A DNA stretch of 64,000 nt, taken from NCBI RefSeq assembly GCF_018977255.1, contig NW_024704742.1, forward strand, positions 25,918,001 to 25,982,000, written 5' to 3'. This DNA is from Callorhinchus milii (Eukaryota). The notes under the pieces are model-generated. The model was not told the origin of the DNA, did not search any database, and saw only the letters and a program-made list of their open reading frames with translations. The position numbers and the translations under genes were made by a program. Shown here in pieces: positions 37,925-51,510 of the stretch; position 1 is the first letter of the stretch, and every line of letters begins with the position of its first letter.

Positions 37925-40731
37925 ATTGACAAAAGACCCTTACGTCACTCTTAGTCCATGCCAGCGGGCTGACCATGCCTCGCTGCCCACCCCCCCACCC
38001 CTGCTGTTCGCTCTTAGTCTCGGAGTGCGTATTTTGGCTGCTACCATCGATCGAGCTGTTTCCCTATAATGCTCCCAGCCCTGTCCTCTACCCTCCAATA
38101 CTTTCGCTCGATCCTCCTCTCCTACTGTCCTCCCTGACTCTTATCCCTGCTTGACCGTCCCACTACTTCTAACCACTGAGCTACAGTGGAGTCCTGTAGC
38201 TCAGTGGTTAGAGCACTCGCTTTGCAAGTGAGAGACCTGAGTTCAATTCCAGGCAGGGTGAAACCTTGAGCAAGTTTCCTTACTCCACACGCCTAATAAT
38301 AATCCCTCCAAAAACAATAATAAATTGGTCATTTTCAATCTACGTCTGTTTGTGGGACATTGCTGTGCGCAATTGGCTGCCGCGTTCGCCCACAAATATA
38401 CAGTCAATTCACTTTACAGTGTGTTCTGTGAAGCGCTACGTGAAAAGCGCTATATCAAATGCAAGGATTATTATTATTACCTCCAGCCTGCAAATCCTCG
38501 GTCGGGCACACCGTAGGAGTCGCCACTGGCTATCCAACAGCAGCCACTCTGATTGCCCTAACCCCCTCCCTGCCAGTCCTCCCCCAATCCCTCCTCACCC
38601 CCCACATTCCGCCACCAACTGTCCCATCCGCATCGGCCTACAAAATATCCGTTCCCTCGCCAACAAAACACTCACCATCCAAGACCTCATCGTTGAAGAA
38701 AACATTTACATTCTCGCTCTCACTGAAACATGGATCACTGCAGCCGACACCTTCCCCTGACAGAGACCACACCACCCGGCTACACCTTCCATCATACCCC
38801 ACGACCTAATTGCCATGGTGGCGGTGTAGCTCTCATCTCCCGGTCCCCGCTCGGCCTGTCCCTTTACTCCTCTGGAACTTTCCCCTCCTTTGAGCACCTT
38901 ACCCTTTATCACCCCTCCAACCTCCCACTCAAAATTCGTCCCTCCAAGCCCTCTCTCTCTTATCCATTCCCTCAATCTCTCCCTCCACATCCACTCCACC
39001 AACCATGTTCACGGTCATCTCGACCTGGTGATCACTTCGGGCCTCACCGTCTTGGACCTCACCATCATCGACAAAGCGATCTCGGAGCATCACTTCATCT
39101 CCCTTAACTTCTCAATCCCTCTCCCCACTCATCTCTATCTCCAACGCCCCTGGAAAAAAATCTCTACCCCCTCTCTCTCGGCTGTCCTGGATCATCTGAC
39201 CTCCTTCCCCTCTGGGCGTCCTCCCACAGTGACCTATCCTCCTCGGTCACTCTTCTCCACAGCTCCCTGTCCTCCACTCTCGATTCCCTTGCTCCCCTCT
39301 CCAGAACCATCTCCTATTCACGCAAGTCACCATGGTAAACCAGCCACCTCCACTCCTTTAAAGCACAGGTGTGTGCCGCTGAGCACACCTGGCTTAAATC
39401 AAACTTAACGGTCCATCAGCTGATCTGGCTGGACCATACCAAATCTTACCGCTCTGCCCTCGCCTCTGCTAAATTGTCGTTCTACTCCAAAACAATCTTG
39501 GAGGCCAAGGACAACCCCAGGCTCCTCTTCTCCATCACGAACAAGCTCCTCCACCCACCCTCTCATGTCTCGCCCATCCTCACCTCAAATGCCAACTGTG
39601 AGGTGATTCTGGTCTTCCTTGAATCCAAAGTCGAGGGAATCTGCTCAGCTGCCTCTGCCACTGCATCTGCTACCCTCTCCCAATCTCCTCCTCCCACCCG
39701 GGCCCCTATCCATGCCTCCCACCACACCTTTCAACCTCATTCATCATCACCATACCCACATGAAACCAACCACCTGCTCCCTCGACCTTATCCCTACCCC
39801 TCTCCTTACCTCCCAGCTCCACCTCCTTGCCCCTCTACTCATTGACATCATAAACCTCTCCCTGTCCTCTGGTACTGTTCCCATCCCATTAAAAACCGTC
39901 GTCGTCACTCTTATCCTTAAAAAACCCTTCCTGGACACTTCCTTACTCCTTAATTACCACCCCATCTCTACCCTCCCTTTCCTCTCCAAAGTCCTTGAAC
40001 GAGTTGTTGCTTCTCAGCTTTGCTCCTTCCTCTCCCACCACTCCCTTCTCAAACCCCTCCAATCGGGTACCTGTGCCTCCCACAGCACAGAAACAGCTCT
40101 GGTCAAAGTGCCAAATGATATTCTGTTCATCTGCAACCAGGGCTCCCTCTGCCTCCTCGTCCTCCTTGACCTTTCTGCTGCTTTTGACACCGTCTACCAC
40201 TCAATCCTCATCCACCGCCTCTCCTCTCACCTCAACCTTCACGGCGCTGTCCTTGACTGGTTCAGATCGTACCTCTCATACCACCTCCACTTCATCTCCA
40301 CAGACGACTTCTCCTCTTGCCCCTGCACCATCTTATGTGGTGTTCCTCAGGGCTCTGTCCTTGGTCCCCTCCTCTTCAATATCTATATGCTCCCTCTTGG
40401 TGACATCATTCGCAGACATGGGGTCAACTTACACATGTATGTGGATGACACCCATCTCTGCCTCCACCCTTGACTCTGTCGGACATCAAGTCCTGGATGA
40501 GAGCTAACTTTCTTCAGTTGAACGTCAACAAGACCGACCTCTTGATCGGCTCCCGTCAGCACCTCCTCACCTCAGCCGCTAACAGCGTCACCATCCATGG
40601 TTGCACACTCCAACTTGCTAAGTCAGTCTGGAACCTTGGTGACTTGCTTAACCCTCAACTATCCTTTCTACCCCACATCTGCACCATGACCCAGCGCCTT
40701 GGCGCTTTACAAATTAAATTTTGTTGTTGTT
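37925..40731 (+). mobile_element. Near-full-length L2 LINE (APE endonuclease + RT), frameshifted, internally deleted and interrupted by a SINE
   Basis: EN: IRIGLQNIRSLANK...ILALTETWI, GGGVALI, GHLDLVIT, ISEHHFI. RT: NYHPISTLPFLSKVLERVV, HSTETALVKV, LDLSAAFDTV, GVPQGSVLGP, YVDD. (TTG)n tail. Confidence 0.93.
38188..38479 (+). mobile_element. tRNA(Ala-TGC)-headed SINE, short subfamily, inserted in the L2 ORF
   Basis: A box (tagctcagtggttaga), ctcgcTTTGCAAgtgag anticodon-like arm, B box (gagttcaattcc), (att)n tail. Confidence 0.92.
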
Positions 40732-41120
40732 ACCTACAAATGCCTCTGCACCTCCTTATCCCTATGACCTTTACGAACCTCATTCATCTGCTTGGCATAT
40801 CCTGGCCTGATGTATGTCCACCAGCCTCTCTGCCTTACTATCAGTGGTCAAGCCTTCAGCCACCATGCTCCCACCCTCTAAAACTCCTTCCCTCGTCCAC
40901 TCCCTCTTGCCCCGCACCATCTTGTCCAGTTGTCCAGTGTTCCTCAGGACTCTGTCCTTTGTCAGAAAAGCCTTCAAAAGCTGCCTAAGAACCCATTTCT
41001 TCAACTGTGGCAACCTCTTCCCTCAACCTCCCCATACGATTCTGTAACCAGCACCATCTCTGTAAAGTTCTCAGAGATATTACTATACTCAAAGAGTCCT
41101 ATATAAATACACGTTGTTCT
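40732..41120 (+). mobile_element. Old L2, right part and 3' end
   Basis: AFKSCLRTHFF and ctatataaatacacgttgtt tail. Confidence 0.72.
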
Positions 41121-41984
41121 TGGTGTAGCCTCCCGATTGCCTGCAGGTTATTGTTACCAGCTTGATGTATATCTCAGCATTTTCCAGGTTCTCAGCTTTT
41201 TTACTTTAGCTTGAAGCCTGCTGACTAAAGATTGATTTTTGTGGGGGTTTAAGATGAAACAGTTAAGTTTGTACTGCAAATGGCCTCTGTTATCACAGAG
41301 ATGGTTTGCTACTTCTAAATACTCTTCACTCAGCTCAAAGGCAAAATAATGTTTCTGTGGATTCTTTCCAAGTTCATACTCGCCCGCTGGATGTCAGAAG
41401 CTGTAGTTTGCGGCCAATTTTGTGCATTGCACATCTCGTTTACAATCACAATCAATCCATTTTAAAATCTTACATATCAGGCTTCAGAGCATGACTGTAC
41501 CATATCACAAATATATAAATTGGTCGCCAAAAATCTATATTTTTGTAAGCATATTTTCTAAATGAATGTTTGGTAAGCTCAGTGTCTGATCCATGCAGAA
41601 ATCCATAACCGTGCTTACGAGTATCCGAACCTGACGGTTGCACATATCTATGCAACTATGTATGGAAACATCCCTGTTTTTAATTGAATGTGCCCTCTCT
41701 TTTTGGAGGAATGCACATTATTTACCTAATTCTGCACTGCGTTAGGTTTAGATTAACAAGAGACAAATGCTTGGGACCCCCAGAGAGTGTGCCATTGAAA
41801 GCATTGCCTCGCAAGCTTCCGCTGCTTGAACAGTTAGGACCATTAGGGTTTTGGCTTGCAGGGTTAATAAGACCCAGTATCGGCCTCTCCAAGTCCTGTA
41901 TACAACTAAGCTGAATGGTCTGTTGTCAGTAGTGCCTTGGAGTATTGCAAATATGCCTTGCTCACAAACCAGACTACTGAGAAT

Positions 41985-42430
41985 CACCACAGAGATTCTG
42001 ACTTTCTCAGATTACCTTGGAGTAAGCTCAGCTCCAAGCTCCAACCAAGATCCCCATTCTCACCATTAAATCCCTCCAAGGCTTCACCCCCACTCTGCCT
42101 TTGCACTTCCTTAATCCTACTGACCAGGACGCTCCATTCGCTTACCAACCAGCTTTATTCATGTCCTCCTACCCTCCCGCCCCCGCACCCGCTCTATCTG
42201 CTCCACCATCGGCAGGTGAGTTTTCAGCCAATTTGTCCCTGCTCTCTGGAACTCCATCCCGGAATCACTTAGTTGCCCATGTTCAAAGCCTGCGCCAGTA
42301 TTTGACCACACTTTCAGTCATCTTCCTACTCTCTTCACTCTTCATCTTTCACTCTTAGATCAGGTGCCCAGCTGACAGTGTAAACTGCTCTTAGATGTCC
42401 TTCCGATGTAAAGGAGCTATATAAATGTCA
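41985..42430 (+). mobile_element. L2 3' fragment
   Basis: ctccaccatcggcagg..ttttcagcc...ctctggaactcc; tail aaaggagctatataaatg. Confidence 0.65.
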
Positions 42431-44344
42431 TTGTAAATTGTATTCTGAAGGACCAGACACAATTCTTTTGTGGTGCACCTATGCTCATCCTTTATGATGG
42501 TCCTATCCCCCCTATTTCTCCAGCTCAACATCAGTTTCCGCCATTGTTGAATACTCCAAACACTACCCATGTCCCATGTCTTAATACAAGGCCATGCTGC
42601 CTGACCTGCTGAGTATTCCCAGCGACTTCTGATTTTGTTTCTTAAACCAAGGGCATGGTTTAAACCAAATGGTTGCTATTATTGTTGCTGATTGCATGCG
42701 GTGTAATCTGACTTGGATTTAGAAAATCCAATTTGGGGCCTAAAGACATGAAAAAACGGGAGTAAGTTTCTGCAAGAAATATAAAAATAGTGGACAGCTA
42801 CAAAAAAGTAGACTGTGTCGCAGGCGAAATTTCTGGAAGCTGAAATGTCAAACATCTTCTTGTTTTTCACTAGCTGTAGTGAGTGACAGAGGAAGTGTTG
42901 ATACGACAAGAGGCTAAAGTATCCACGAGGGGAAAAAACAGCAAAGCCGGGATGAAATTTCCTTTCAACAATAAAAGACAACAGTGAAAGTTACAAGGGA
43001 AATAAGGTCACAGCGAGAGGGATGCAATGAAAGGGATGCATAGAGATGTCTGTGAGAAAGATATCTAAAGAGGGACTGGAACTAAATACTCCTGCTGCCC
43101 AACATCTAAATGAGCATTTTGGGATTATTTTTATTTTTCTTAATCAGTGCCGTAACTATAAAAATGTGAGAGTAATTTTGATATAGTTTAAATTCATAAG
43201 ACAAGGGCCAGTTGTTTTTCTTCTCTTTTGACCAACGTTATGCAAACTAAATCCAGAAATGAAATAGTGGGACTGTAATCCAGTCATTAAAATGAAGAGG
43301 CAATGAAGTGAATGAGAATTGGATCTACTAATTGAACACTAAATCATGAAAGGAAAACAAGACATTTTAAGAGTATTAATTTATACTGCACTGGAAAAAT
43401 TAATAGGAGAATGTCTCATATAAATGAGGAAAGTAAATTAAGGGTGAGAACAACCTTCCCTCAATGAAGTGAATTTTATCTCTTGGGGACTATTTCAGCT
43501 CAGTGTGTGACCACAAAGAGTCTGTGCTCTATAGATTATCCTCAGCTATCCTGGACAGTATTAAAAGGTTTTTTTTATTATTGTACCATGTCCACAGAAT
43601 TAGAGAAGTGGAGTATCTAATTTACTGTGAAAAGCAATCTTGTGTGTACTTGATTTCATTTTTTCTTTGCGTTCTTAAGCTGATAAGAAGCTTACCAAGA
43701 AGGAATTACTCACATTACAGATGTACTCATTGTATGAGAACATCCCTTCAGTCCTTGGTTAATGGTGACCACATTCAATACACAGCTATATAATCATAAA
43801 AAAAATACAACTGGTAAGGTATATCAAAAATAATTAAAATGACTTAATTACACAGATAATTAATCCTCCCACTCTGCATGAAAGAGGTTATTTGCACATA
43901 TTTAGATTTATTAAACACAGGTCATAATGTTATATCTGAATAACATTAACTGGGAAATGTTTTTCACAATACATTTTAACCCTATCTCATATTAATAGTT
44001 TTCTGATGTTCATTTTGGTGTTTGAATCTAAAAATATTTTTCATTCATTTTGTTTGGTTGTTAGTTACTATGTAGGGTATATAATATATATTTACTAGTT
44101 TTTAAACAGAGTATATAATATATATATATTTACTAGTTACTAAGCAGAGTATATAATACTGCATATTATATATAATATACATATAGCAGTATACTTAATA
44201 TATATTTATCAGTGTCTAGTGGATATTAAATATCCCATGGCAATATTCAAAAAGAGTAGGAGTTTCTCCCAGTGTTCTGGCCAATAATCCCCCAAATAAT
44301 TTGGTCATTGACTTTATGGCTGTTTGATGTGTTCGGATTTGCAG

Positions 44345-45225
44345 GGGGAGAGGGAAATGCTGTGGTAAATAAAAGAGAACTCGCCTGCCGAACACTAGAA
44401 CGGGATGAGAAAAAATTAAATCAATATAGACCAAAAATATCTAAATCAGGAGTGCAAGGATCCCAGAAAGCATCAGATGAGGGAATGGGGGGATCAAACA
44501 ACCTTAATGTAACTGACAGAGTAGAGGAAAGGAGCAGAATTTACACGTGCAGGGAAGAGTGTGAATAAAAATGAAGATAAAGGAGGTATTAGTGAAAAAT
44601 AACAGGAAGACAGGGAAAGTAGGAGTCTGTTACACAGCAATGCACAGAGCAAGGGGAACAAAATGAGAGAACTGGATATAGTAATCAAACGTGAGGAATT
44701 GATGTAATTACATTAACAGAAACATGGTTACAACCTGCATATGATTGGTAATTAAATATTGCAAAATATCCATTATTTAGAAAGGCCAGAGAGAGAAAAA
44801 GGGAAGTGGGGAAGCGGTATTGGCAGTATATTCACTGGAAAGGAAAGATATAAATAATGAGGGAGTAGAGACAGAATTCACCTGGTTAGAGATAAAAAGG
44901 ATAAAAAAGGACTAGCTACGCTAGTTGCCATGTACCACAGGCCACACAACAGCAGAAAAGAAGTAGAAAAATAAATATCCAGGCAGATATGGGAGATGAG
45001 CAAAAATAATAAACTAGTAATTATGGGGGATTTCATTTATCCCCAGGTAGATTGGCAGAGAGAGAGACAAGGAGAAAAGCAGAGGGGGCGAGTTTTTGCA
45101 ATGTGTACAGGACTGTCTATCCCAACACTCCAACAAGAGGAAAAGTGCTCCTTGACCTAATTTATAGCAATGAGCCAGACCAGGTCAGGGATTTAAATGT
45201 GAGAGAGACCTCGGGGACCTGATTC
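44345..45225 (+). mobile_element. Decayed CR1 5' region (endonuclease domain), apparently inserted in a Deu SINE (44215-44330 / 45225-45265)
   Basis: Purine-rich; translates to ..NKMRELDIVIKREELDVITLTETWLQP.., YHRPH, IMGDF.YP..DW, LLDLI (CR1 APE motifs). Confidence 0.75.
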
Positions 45226-46960
45226 GGCACTATATTAAATGCAAGGATTATTATATATTATTATTTGATAATCAAATTCAAGAATAGGTGTTTATTATTG
45301 TTTGCTAAGCAGGGTATATAATGCACACATTTACTGGTTACTAATATATATTTATACTCTTTCTTCAGATTTTTATATGAGACAAATCTTTGTTGTGATG
45401 TCAAAGTCTACTCATTCGAAACTTAATGTAAGAAGCAATTATAAAAAAGATATAATCCCTGAATGTAATGAACTGTGATATCGTCAAAACAAGATACCAC
45501 AGATCAAAGCTGCTGAATAAAAATATATCTTATTCAAGCATTTTTCTTTCAACAATTGTATCTACTGGAAATTCCTGGATAATCCTTTCACTATCACTGG
45601 AATTGTAAATTCCAGCATTGTGACATTGCACCTCAACACCAAAAAATAGTATAAGTTTACACCAGAAAATGACTATTTTGAAGCCTGGATAGAGGCCACA
45701 ATTTAACACAATGTCCCATCAGGATCTTAATCTTTTACTAGGTTGATTTCCAACTGACACACATAATGCAAACTAAAGATAATGCTTTTCATTAATAATC
45801 TAGATTGTCTCATGTGTTTATCTAAGAAGAAAATACCCCCAAAAAAGAATATTCATTTTTGTGGGATCAGGCTACAATCACATGAGAAATGACTTGGCAC
45901 ATTCTTGGGGAAATGAAAAGTGAGAAGAGTTTAGAATAAGTGGCAGCATAAGGCAAGTGCCTTTTTTTATGCAGCACAATCCAATGTTTTCTATATCAAG
46001 AGATTTTCACAAAAATGATAACCTTTTTGCTTTGGCACATTGGTAAGCAATGTTTGATGAAATAGTAGCCTGTTAAACAAAATGTCAGAATTCAGAGTTC
46101 ACCCAGTGTTATCAATGTTGCTTATTATGATGAACCTCACTTGGGAAAGACCCAATAGGTTCAGTAAAACACCATGTGTGGAATGCTACACTACTGTAAC
46201 TCATTGCTATTTTATTGTCACTTTTGGAGCCAATGTGCATTAGTATAACAGCAACTTGTATTTATACTGTGCCCTTCACTTAAGATAATAGCTTAGAAGC
46301 TATGGGTCCCATCAATTTTGAACATTGTGCAAAATGTACCTTGTGCCAAGCATTAATGCCAAAATAGAGCTTGCAAAAATTAAAGGGCAAGCAAGTTTAT
46401 CTAAAAAATCAATTAAAAATAACTGGAATCCCAGTGAACTGATTTTTGCTACTGAAGATAGACTTGAACACTCATCCTGATCCCAGCCCCCAGAGCTCTC
46501 AGCGAGTGAACTTGTCCGGAGTGGCTTAGAGGTTAAATATACAGCATTGAAAGATTAAGCTGAGAGTGAATCACCAAGCACAGACAGAATACTCAGGATA
46601 TCAAAGAACCTTTTCTTTCCATAAGCAATAAGGCACAGAACAGCAGGGGTCTCATGAACTGTAATTTCATTTAAATCACAGTGTCCACCGAGCCCAAACT
46701 CAACAATGCAATCATGAGTCACCATACAGATTTAGGACCTGCACATGAAAAAAAATTACATCCTGTGTCTTTTGAACAAAATAAGACCATAATTTGTTCT
46801 AAAAAAAAGGTTTGTCTTAGCCTTCTCTTGGAGAAGTTTGAGTGTTAATATTTCCTGTTACCATCTGATGTGATGAGAGAAAGGGGGAGTGAATCACAGT
46901 TTCATAGTAAATGTCATTGCTTTGATTTTTCTCTTAGAAGTTCATCTCCCATGAAACTGA

Positions 46961-47254
<294 letters not shown>

Positions 47255-47804
47255 TAGATCAGTCTCACCAAAATAATAACATGTAGTATGTTCATCTAAA
47301 TCCTTCAATAAATGATTTAGAAGTAGATAGAAGTAGATTTAATGAGTTGAAACAATGTGCATATCCCCATCAAGAGCAATATTATCTTTTGTCGTGAGGA
47401 GAGCCATCTTTTTGTTTGGAGACGTCTATAAAGCCTTTGTGACTGACATTTGGTGAAGTCTTCGATTTTCGTACCTGAATAGGTTGTAGGTTTGTTAAGT
47501 TCAAAGCAAGCAGCTTAGTTTGTGAGAAGCAACTGGAAGTGTCCATTTTAAAAAAAAATTTGAAAAGGATTTCTCTGCAGCAACTTTTAGATACTTATCC
47601 GGCAGCTTGTTTCCCCTCATTCTCAGCAGTGGCACTGAGGCTCCTTCAAGGTAATTAGCAGAAGTGAAAGGCTAAGTCATTTCAAAGTAGGCAAACCCGC
47701 ACAAAGCTCTTTATTTGAGAATCACAAGATTGTAACACAGCAATGGGTTAGCATTTTATTACATGGTACATTGGGTTTAAGGTTGATTATACTAGACTGC
47801 GAAT

Positions 47805-48075
47805 GCAATACAATTTACATTTATGAAGCATCTTTCCTGTCAAGAGGCTTAATACTGCTGGCTGGAAACCTGAAGTGGGGGGTTGTAGCCAAAGCGGGAG
47901 GCAAGAGGAAAGATGACTGAAAGTGCGTTCAAAGAAGTCAGTCTTGAGGTTGGCTTTGAATGTGGGGAGGGAGAGAACGAGTTGGATGGAATCCCGGAGA
48001 GGGTTCCAGAGAGTGGGGACAGAATGGCTGAAAGCTCACTGCCATTGGTAGAGGATGGGGGTGGGTGGGCATGAA
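47805..48075 (-). mobile_element. L2 3' end
   Basis: gagggttccagagagtggggacagaatggctgaaagc matches other L2 3' ends in the window. Confidence 0.7.
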
Positions 48076-48084
48076 GTATAACTT

Positions 48085-49470
48085 AACATAACATGTAGTA
48101 GCAGGAGTTGGCTATTCGGCCCTTTGAGCCTGCCCCGCCATTCAATCATGGCTGATCTTCTAATCTAACTTCAGCTAATAATAATAATAATCCTTGCATT
48201 TGATATAGCGCTTTTCACGTCGGGAGGACGTCCCAAAGCGCTTCACAGAACACACTGTATGGTGACTTGACTGTATATTTGTGGGCGAATGCGGCAGCCA
48301 ATTGCGCACAGCAATGTCCCACAAACAGTCGGAGATTGAAAATGACCAATTTATTATTGTTTTTGGTTTTGAAGGAATTATTATTAGGCGTGTGGAGTAA
48401 GGAAACGTGCCCAAGGTTTCGCCCTGCCTGGAATTGAACTCAGGTCTCTCACTTGCAAAGCGAGTGCTCTAACCACTGAGCTACAGACTACAGAACCATA
48501 ACCCTGCCTTATCCCCATATCCCTTAATCCCTTTTGCAATAAGGAACATATCTATCTCAGTCTTGAATATGTTCAACAGCCCTTTGGGGTAGTGAGTTCC
48601 ATACATTCACCACCCTTTGAGTGAAGAAGTTCTTCCTTAACTCAGTGCGAAAGGGCTGGCCTCTGATTTTAAGATTGTGACCCCCTGGTTTTAGTTTCTC
48701 CAACCAGGGGAAACAATCTCCCACTATCTACTCTATCATGCCCTTTGATGATCTTATAGGTTTCCATAAGATCCCCTCTAATTCTTCTATATTCTAGAGA
48801 ATATAGGCCCAAATTGGTCAGCCTATCCTCATAACTCATCCCCTTCATCCCTGGTACTAACCTAGTAAATCTACCCTGCACCCCCTCCAAGGCAAGTACA
48901 TCCTTCCTTAAATAAGGAGACCAAAAGTGCTCACAGTATTCCAGGTGTGGTCTCACCAGGGCCCTATACAGTTGCAGCAAGACTTCCCTACTCTTATACT
49001 CTAATCCTTTCAGAATGAATGCTAACATCCCATTAGCCTTCCTAATTGCTGCTGCACCTGCAGACTAACTTTCTGTGATTGGTGTACAAGGACACCCAAG
49101 TCCCTCTGGACACTAACACATTCCAATCTCTCCCCTTCTAAAAAATAACCTGCTCTACTGTTTTTGCTACCTAGGTGGATGACTTCGCACTTCCCTTCAT
49201 TATACTTCATCTGCCACCTACCTGCCCAATCACCTAACCTATCTATGTCTCGCTGCATTTTTTTAATGTCGTCCTCTGTGTTGACACTTCCTCCTAGTTT
49301 TGTGTCATCCGTGAATTTAAATATATTAACTTCGATGTCCTCATCTAGATCGTTGATGTAGATGGACTGGTCCTTGTGGCACTCCACTAGTCACATCCCG
49401 CCAATCTGAAAGGACCCGTTTATCCCTACTCTTTGTTTCCTACCTGTTAACCATTCCCCAATCCACGCAG
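48085..49470 (-). mobile_element. CR1 LINE, 5'-truncated, with a SINE in its 3' UTR
   Basis: IYINDLD..KFTDDTKLGG..WQMKYN.GKC.VIHLG and LYRALVRPHLEYCEHFWSPYL...LEGVQGRFTRLVPG. Confidence 0.95.
48176..48488 (-). mobile_element. tRNA-headed SINE, short subfamily, full length
   Basis: Nearly identical to 6895-7218. Confidence 0.92.
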
Positions 49471-50759
49471 CCTGGTGTTCGCAAAAAATAACATTTAGAA
49501 ATAAAGGCTATTGCAATCGTAGTCATGAATCATTTGGTTTACGTCATAAATGTGAAAGTTACACAGAATCACTGAGTTCCGGAGACATGAATTGGTTTTG
49601 TAAGGTCTTTCCATCACCAGTGAAATAGACACAAAGTGTGTACTACTGCCTGTGCAGTGCTCTGATTATTAAAAAAACTGGCTACATATTAATGGTGACT
49701 GAAAGACCTAACAAAACTGATTCAAGTCTCCGGGACTCAGCAATCCTGTGTAACTTTCACATTTGTGAAGTGTTACATGGAGTCAGTTTTAAGGAACCCC
49801 ATAAAGGAAGAACCAGATCTGAATTGCATGGCTTTTAAATAAGAGTGACATTATTGAATAATGGCACTCGCCTTCCTTTCTTGGAGAAGCTTAACTCCTT
49901 TTATCCTCTCACTGGGGCTGTGGTTCCACAGGTCCAGTCACCCAAATGGCCATTATTCATGTCTATCATTCAACAGTAAATGGTAACAGAGTTAATAAGA
50001 TCTGAAGCATCCAAAGCTAGCTTTAGTACTGTAAAATTGTCACCAGACTGCACAATGGCTCAGGCCGATTATTCAGTGAGTAGCTGAGTCGTACAAACCA
50101 AAAGGTCTCAAGATTGATCCTGGGTCTGATCAGAAAGTTGGACAGAATTATGGATGAAGTCTGAATAATCTGAGTTTTCATGCAGTCTGATCCTAACGAT
50201 AAATACAGAGATATTTAGGAATGAAGGCTTAAAGGTAAGAAAGTAGAAAATAAAACATTACCGATAGGAAAGAAGTGCAAGATTTTAATTTTTTTACTTA
50301 AGATTCTAGTTTCATATTTTTGATGTTTCGAGTATTAAAGCTATCTTTGGATGTTTGAGTCTTATTTTGTGTTATCAGTCACGGCACACCAGAAATCACA
50401 TTTACAAACATGAGTTTAGGAATGGGTTATTGACATCTGCTTGAAAAGTAACAGTGAGGTGTTGAAACCACATGTACCAAAATGATTGAATCACATCCAC
50501 ATCACTCCACACCAATTCATAAGTGCAATCACATACGGTTTACATCAGCAAATTAGAATAGTAATAATAATAATCATTGCATTTGATGCAACGTCTTATC
50601 AAGTCTTCTAGGCGTCCCAAAATACTTCACAGAATATACTGTAAAGTGAATTGGCTGTATATTTTGTGGGTGAATCAAATTATGCCATAATCAAGTTATG
50701 AGTTGATTATGACATTCAAACGTCCCCCGCTATCCCATTATGCCAGGAATGTGCTGTCA

Positions 50760-50825
50760 GCCCCACCTCTCCCACTCCCCCACCTCCCCCACTTCCCCCA
50801 CCTCCTCCACTCCCCCCACTCCCCA
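50760..50825 (+). repeat. C-rich low-complexity (CCCCACT/CCT)n tract; G-quadruplex potential on -
   Basis: Repeated ccccacctc/ccccactc units. Confidence 0.8.
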
Positions 50826-51189
50826 ATGGCTTAATTGGTAAAGGTTAGTGTTAAGTTATACAGATCAGAAGATCTTGTGCCTGACTGTACTGAATATCTA
50901 ATCGGAGCCAGATCGCCCCTGGACTGCCACAAATTGACTGAGTCTTTCACAGGAAGGCACGTGTAGAATAAGTAACAACAGGACAGATTGGTCAGCTGGG
51001 TGTCTGACACATGCAGAAATCCATTGCCATGCTTATGAGAAACTGCACTAGATTGACTGAAAGTCTGCTTTCCCATCACTCTCAGATCCCATAATCTTAT
51101 TCGAACGAGAAGGGAGTTTCATTTTCGCAAATAGACTCAGAGAACATTCATTGTGTTCACAGAAGTGGTATGAAAAGGTATGTGCAATT

Positions 51190-51510
51190 CTGACTAATTG
51201 GCTATGGGACATCAAGTCGTGGATGAGCTCTGGCTTTCTTCAGGTGAATGTCAACATGCTTGGTTCCCGTCAGTGCCTTCTTACCACAAACACTGACAGC
51301 ATCAAACTACTTGGATGCATACTCCACCTTGCAGGGTTTATGCAGATCTTAGGTGTCCTGTTTAACTCTCAACTGGCCTTTAAATACCGCATTCGTGCTC
51401 TGACCCACTTAACGCTCCCCCACTTCTGTAATAATGCCCATCTCCACCACTACCTCTCCCGTTGAGACCTAATTCATACATTCATCATATCCAGGTTAAT
51501 TACGCCAACT
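51190..51510 (+). mobile_element. L2 fragment
   Basis: LWDIKSWMSSGFLQVNVN...LGVLFNSQLAF. Confidence 0.8.

Noticed and set aside
38188..38260. tRNA-Ala gene (also at 7150-7218, 28306 and 48420-48488)
   Set aside because: There is no proper acceptor-stem 3' half, and each continues into a SINE body and tail, so these are SINE heads.
39619..40473. 284-aa RT ORF as a functional or domesticated gene, or a retron-like system
   Set aside because: It is part of a frameshifted L2 with stops and deletions.
44075..44210. AT-rich quasi-tandem repeat
   Set aside because: Ordinary low-complexity (TA)-rich slippage sequence.
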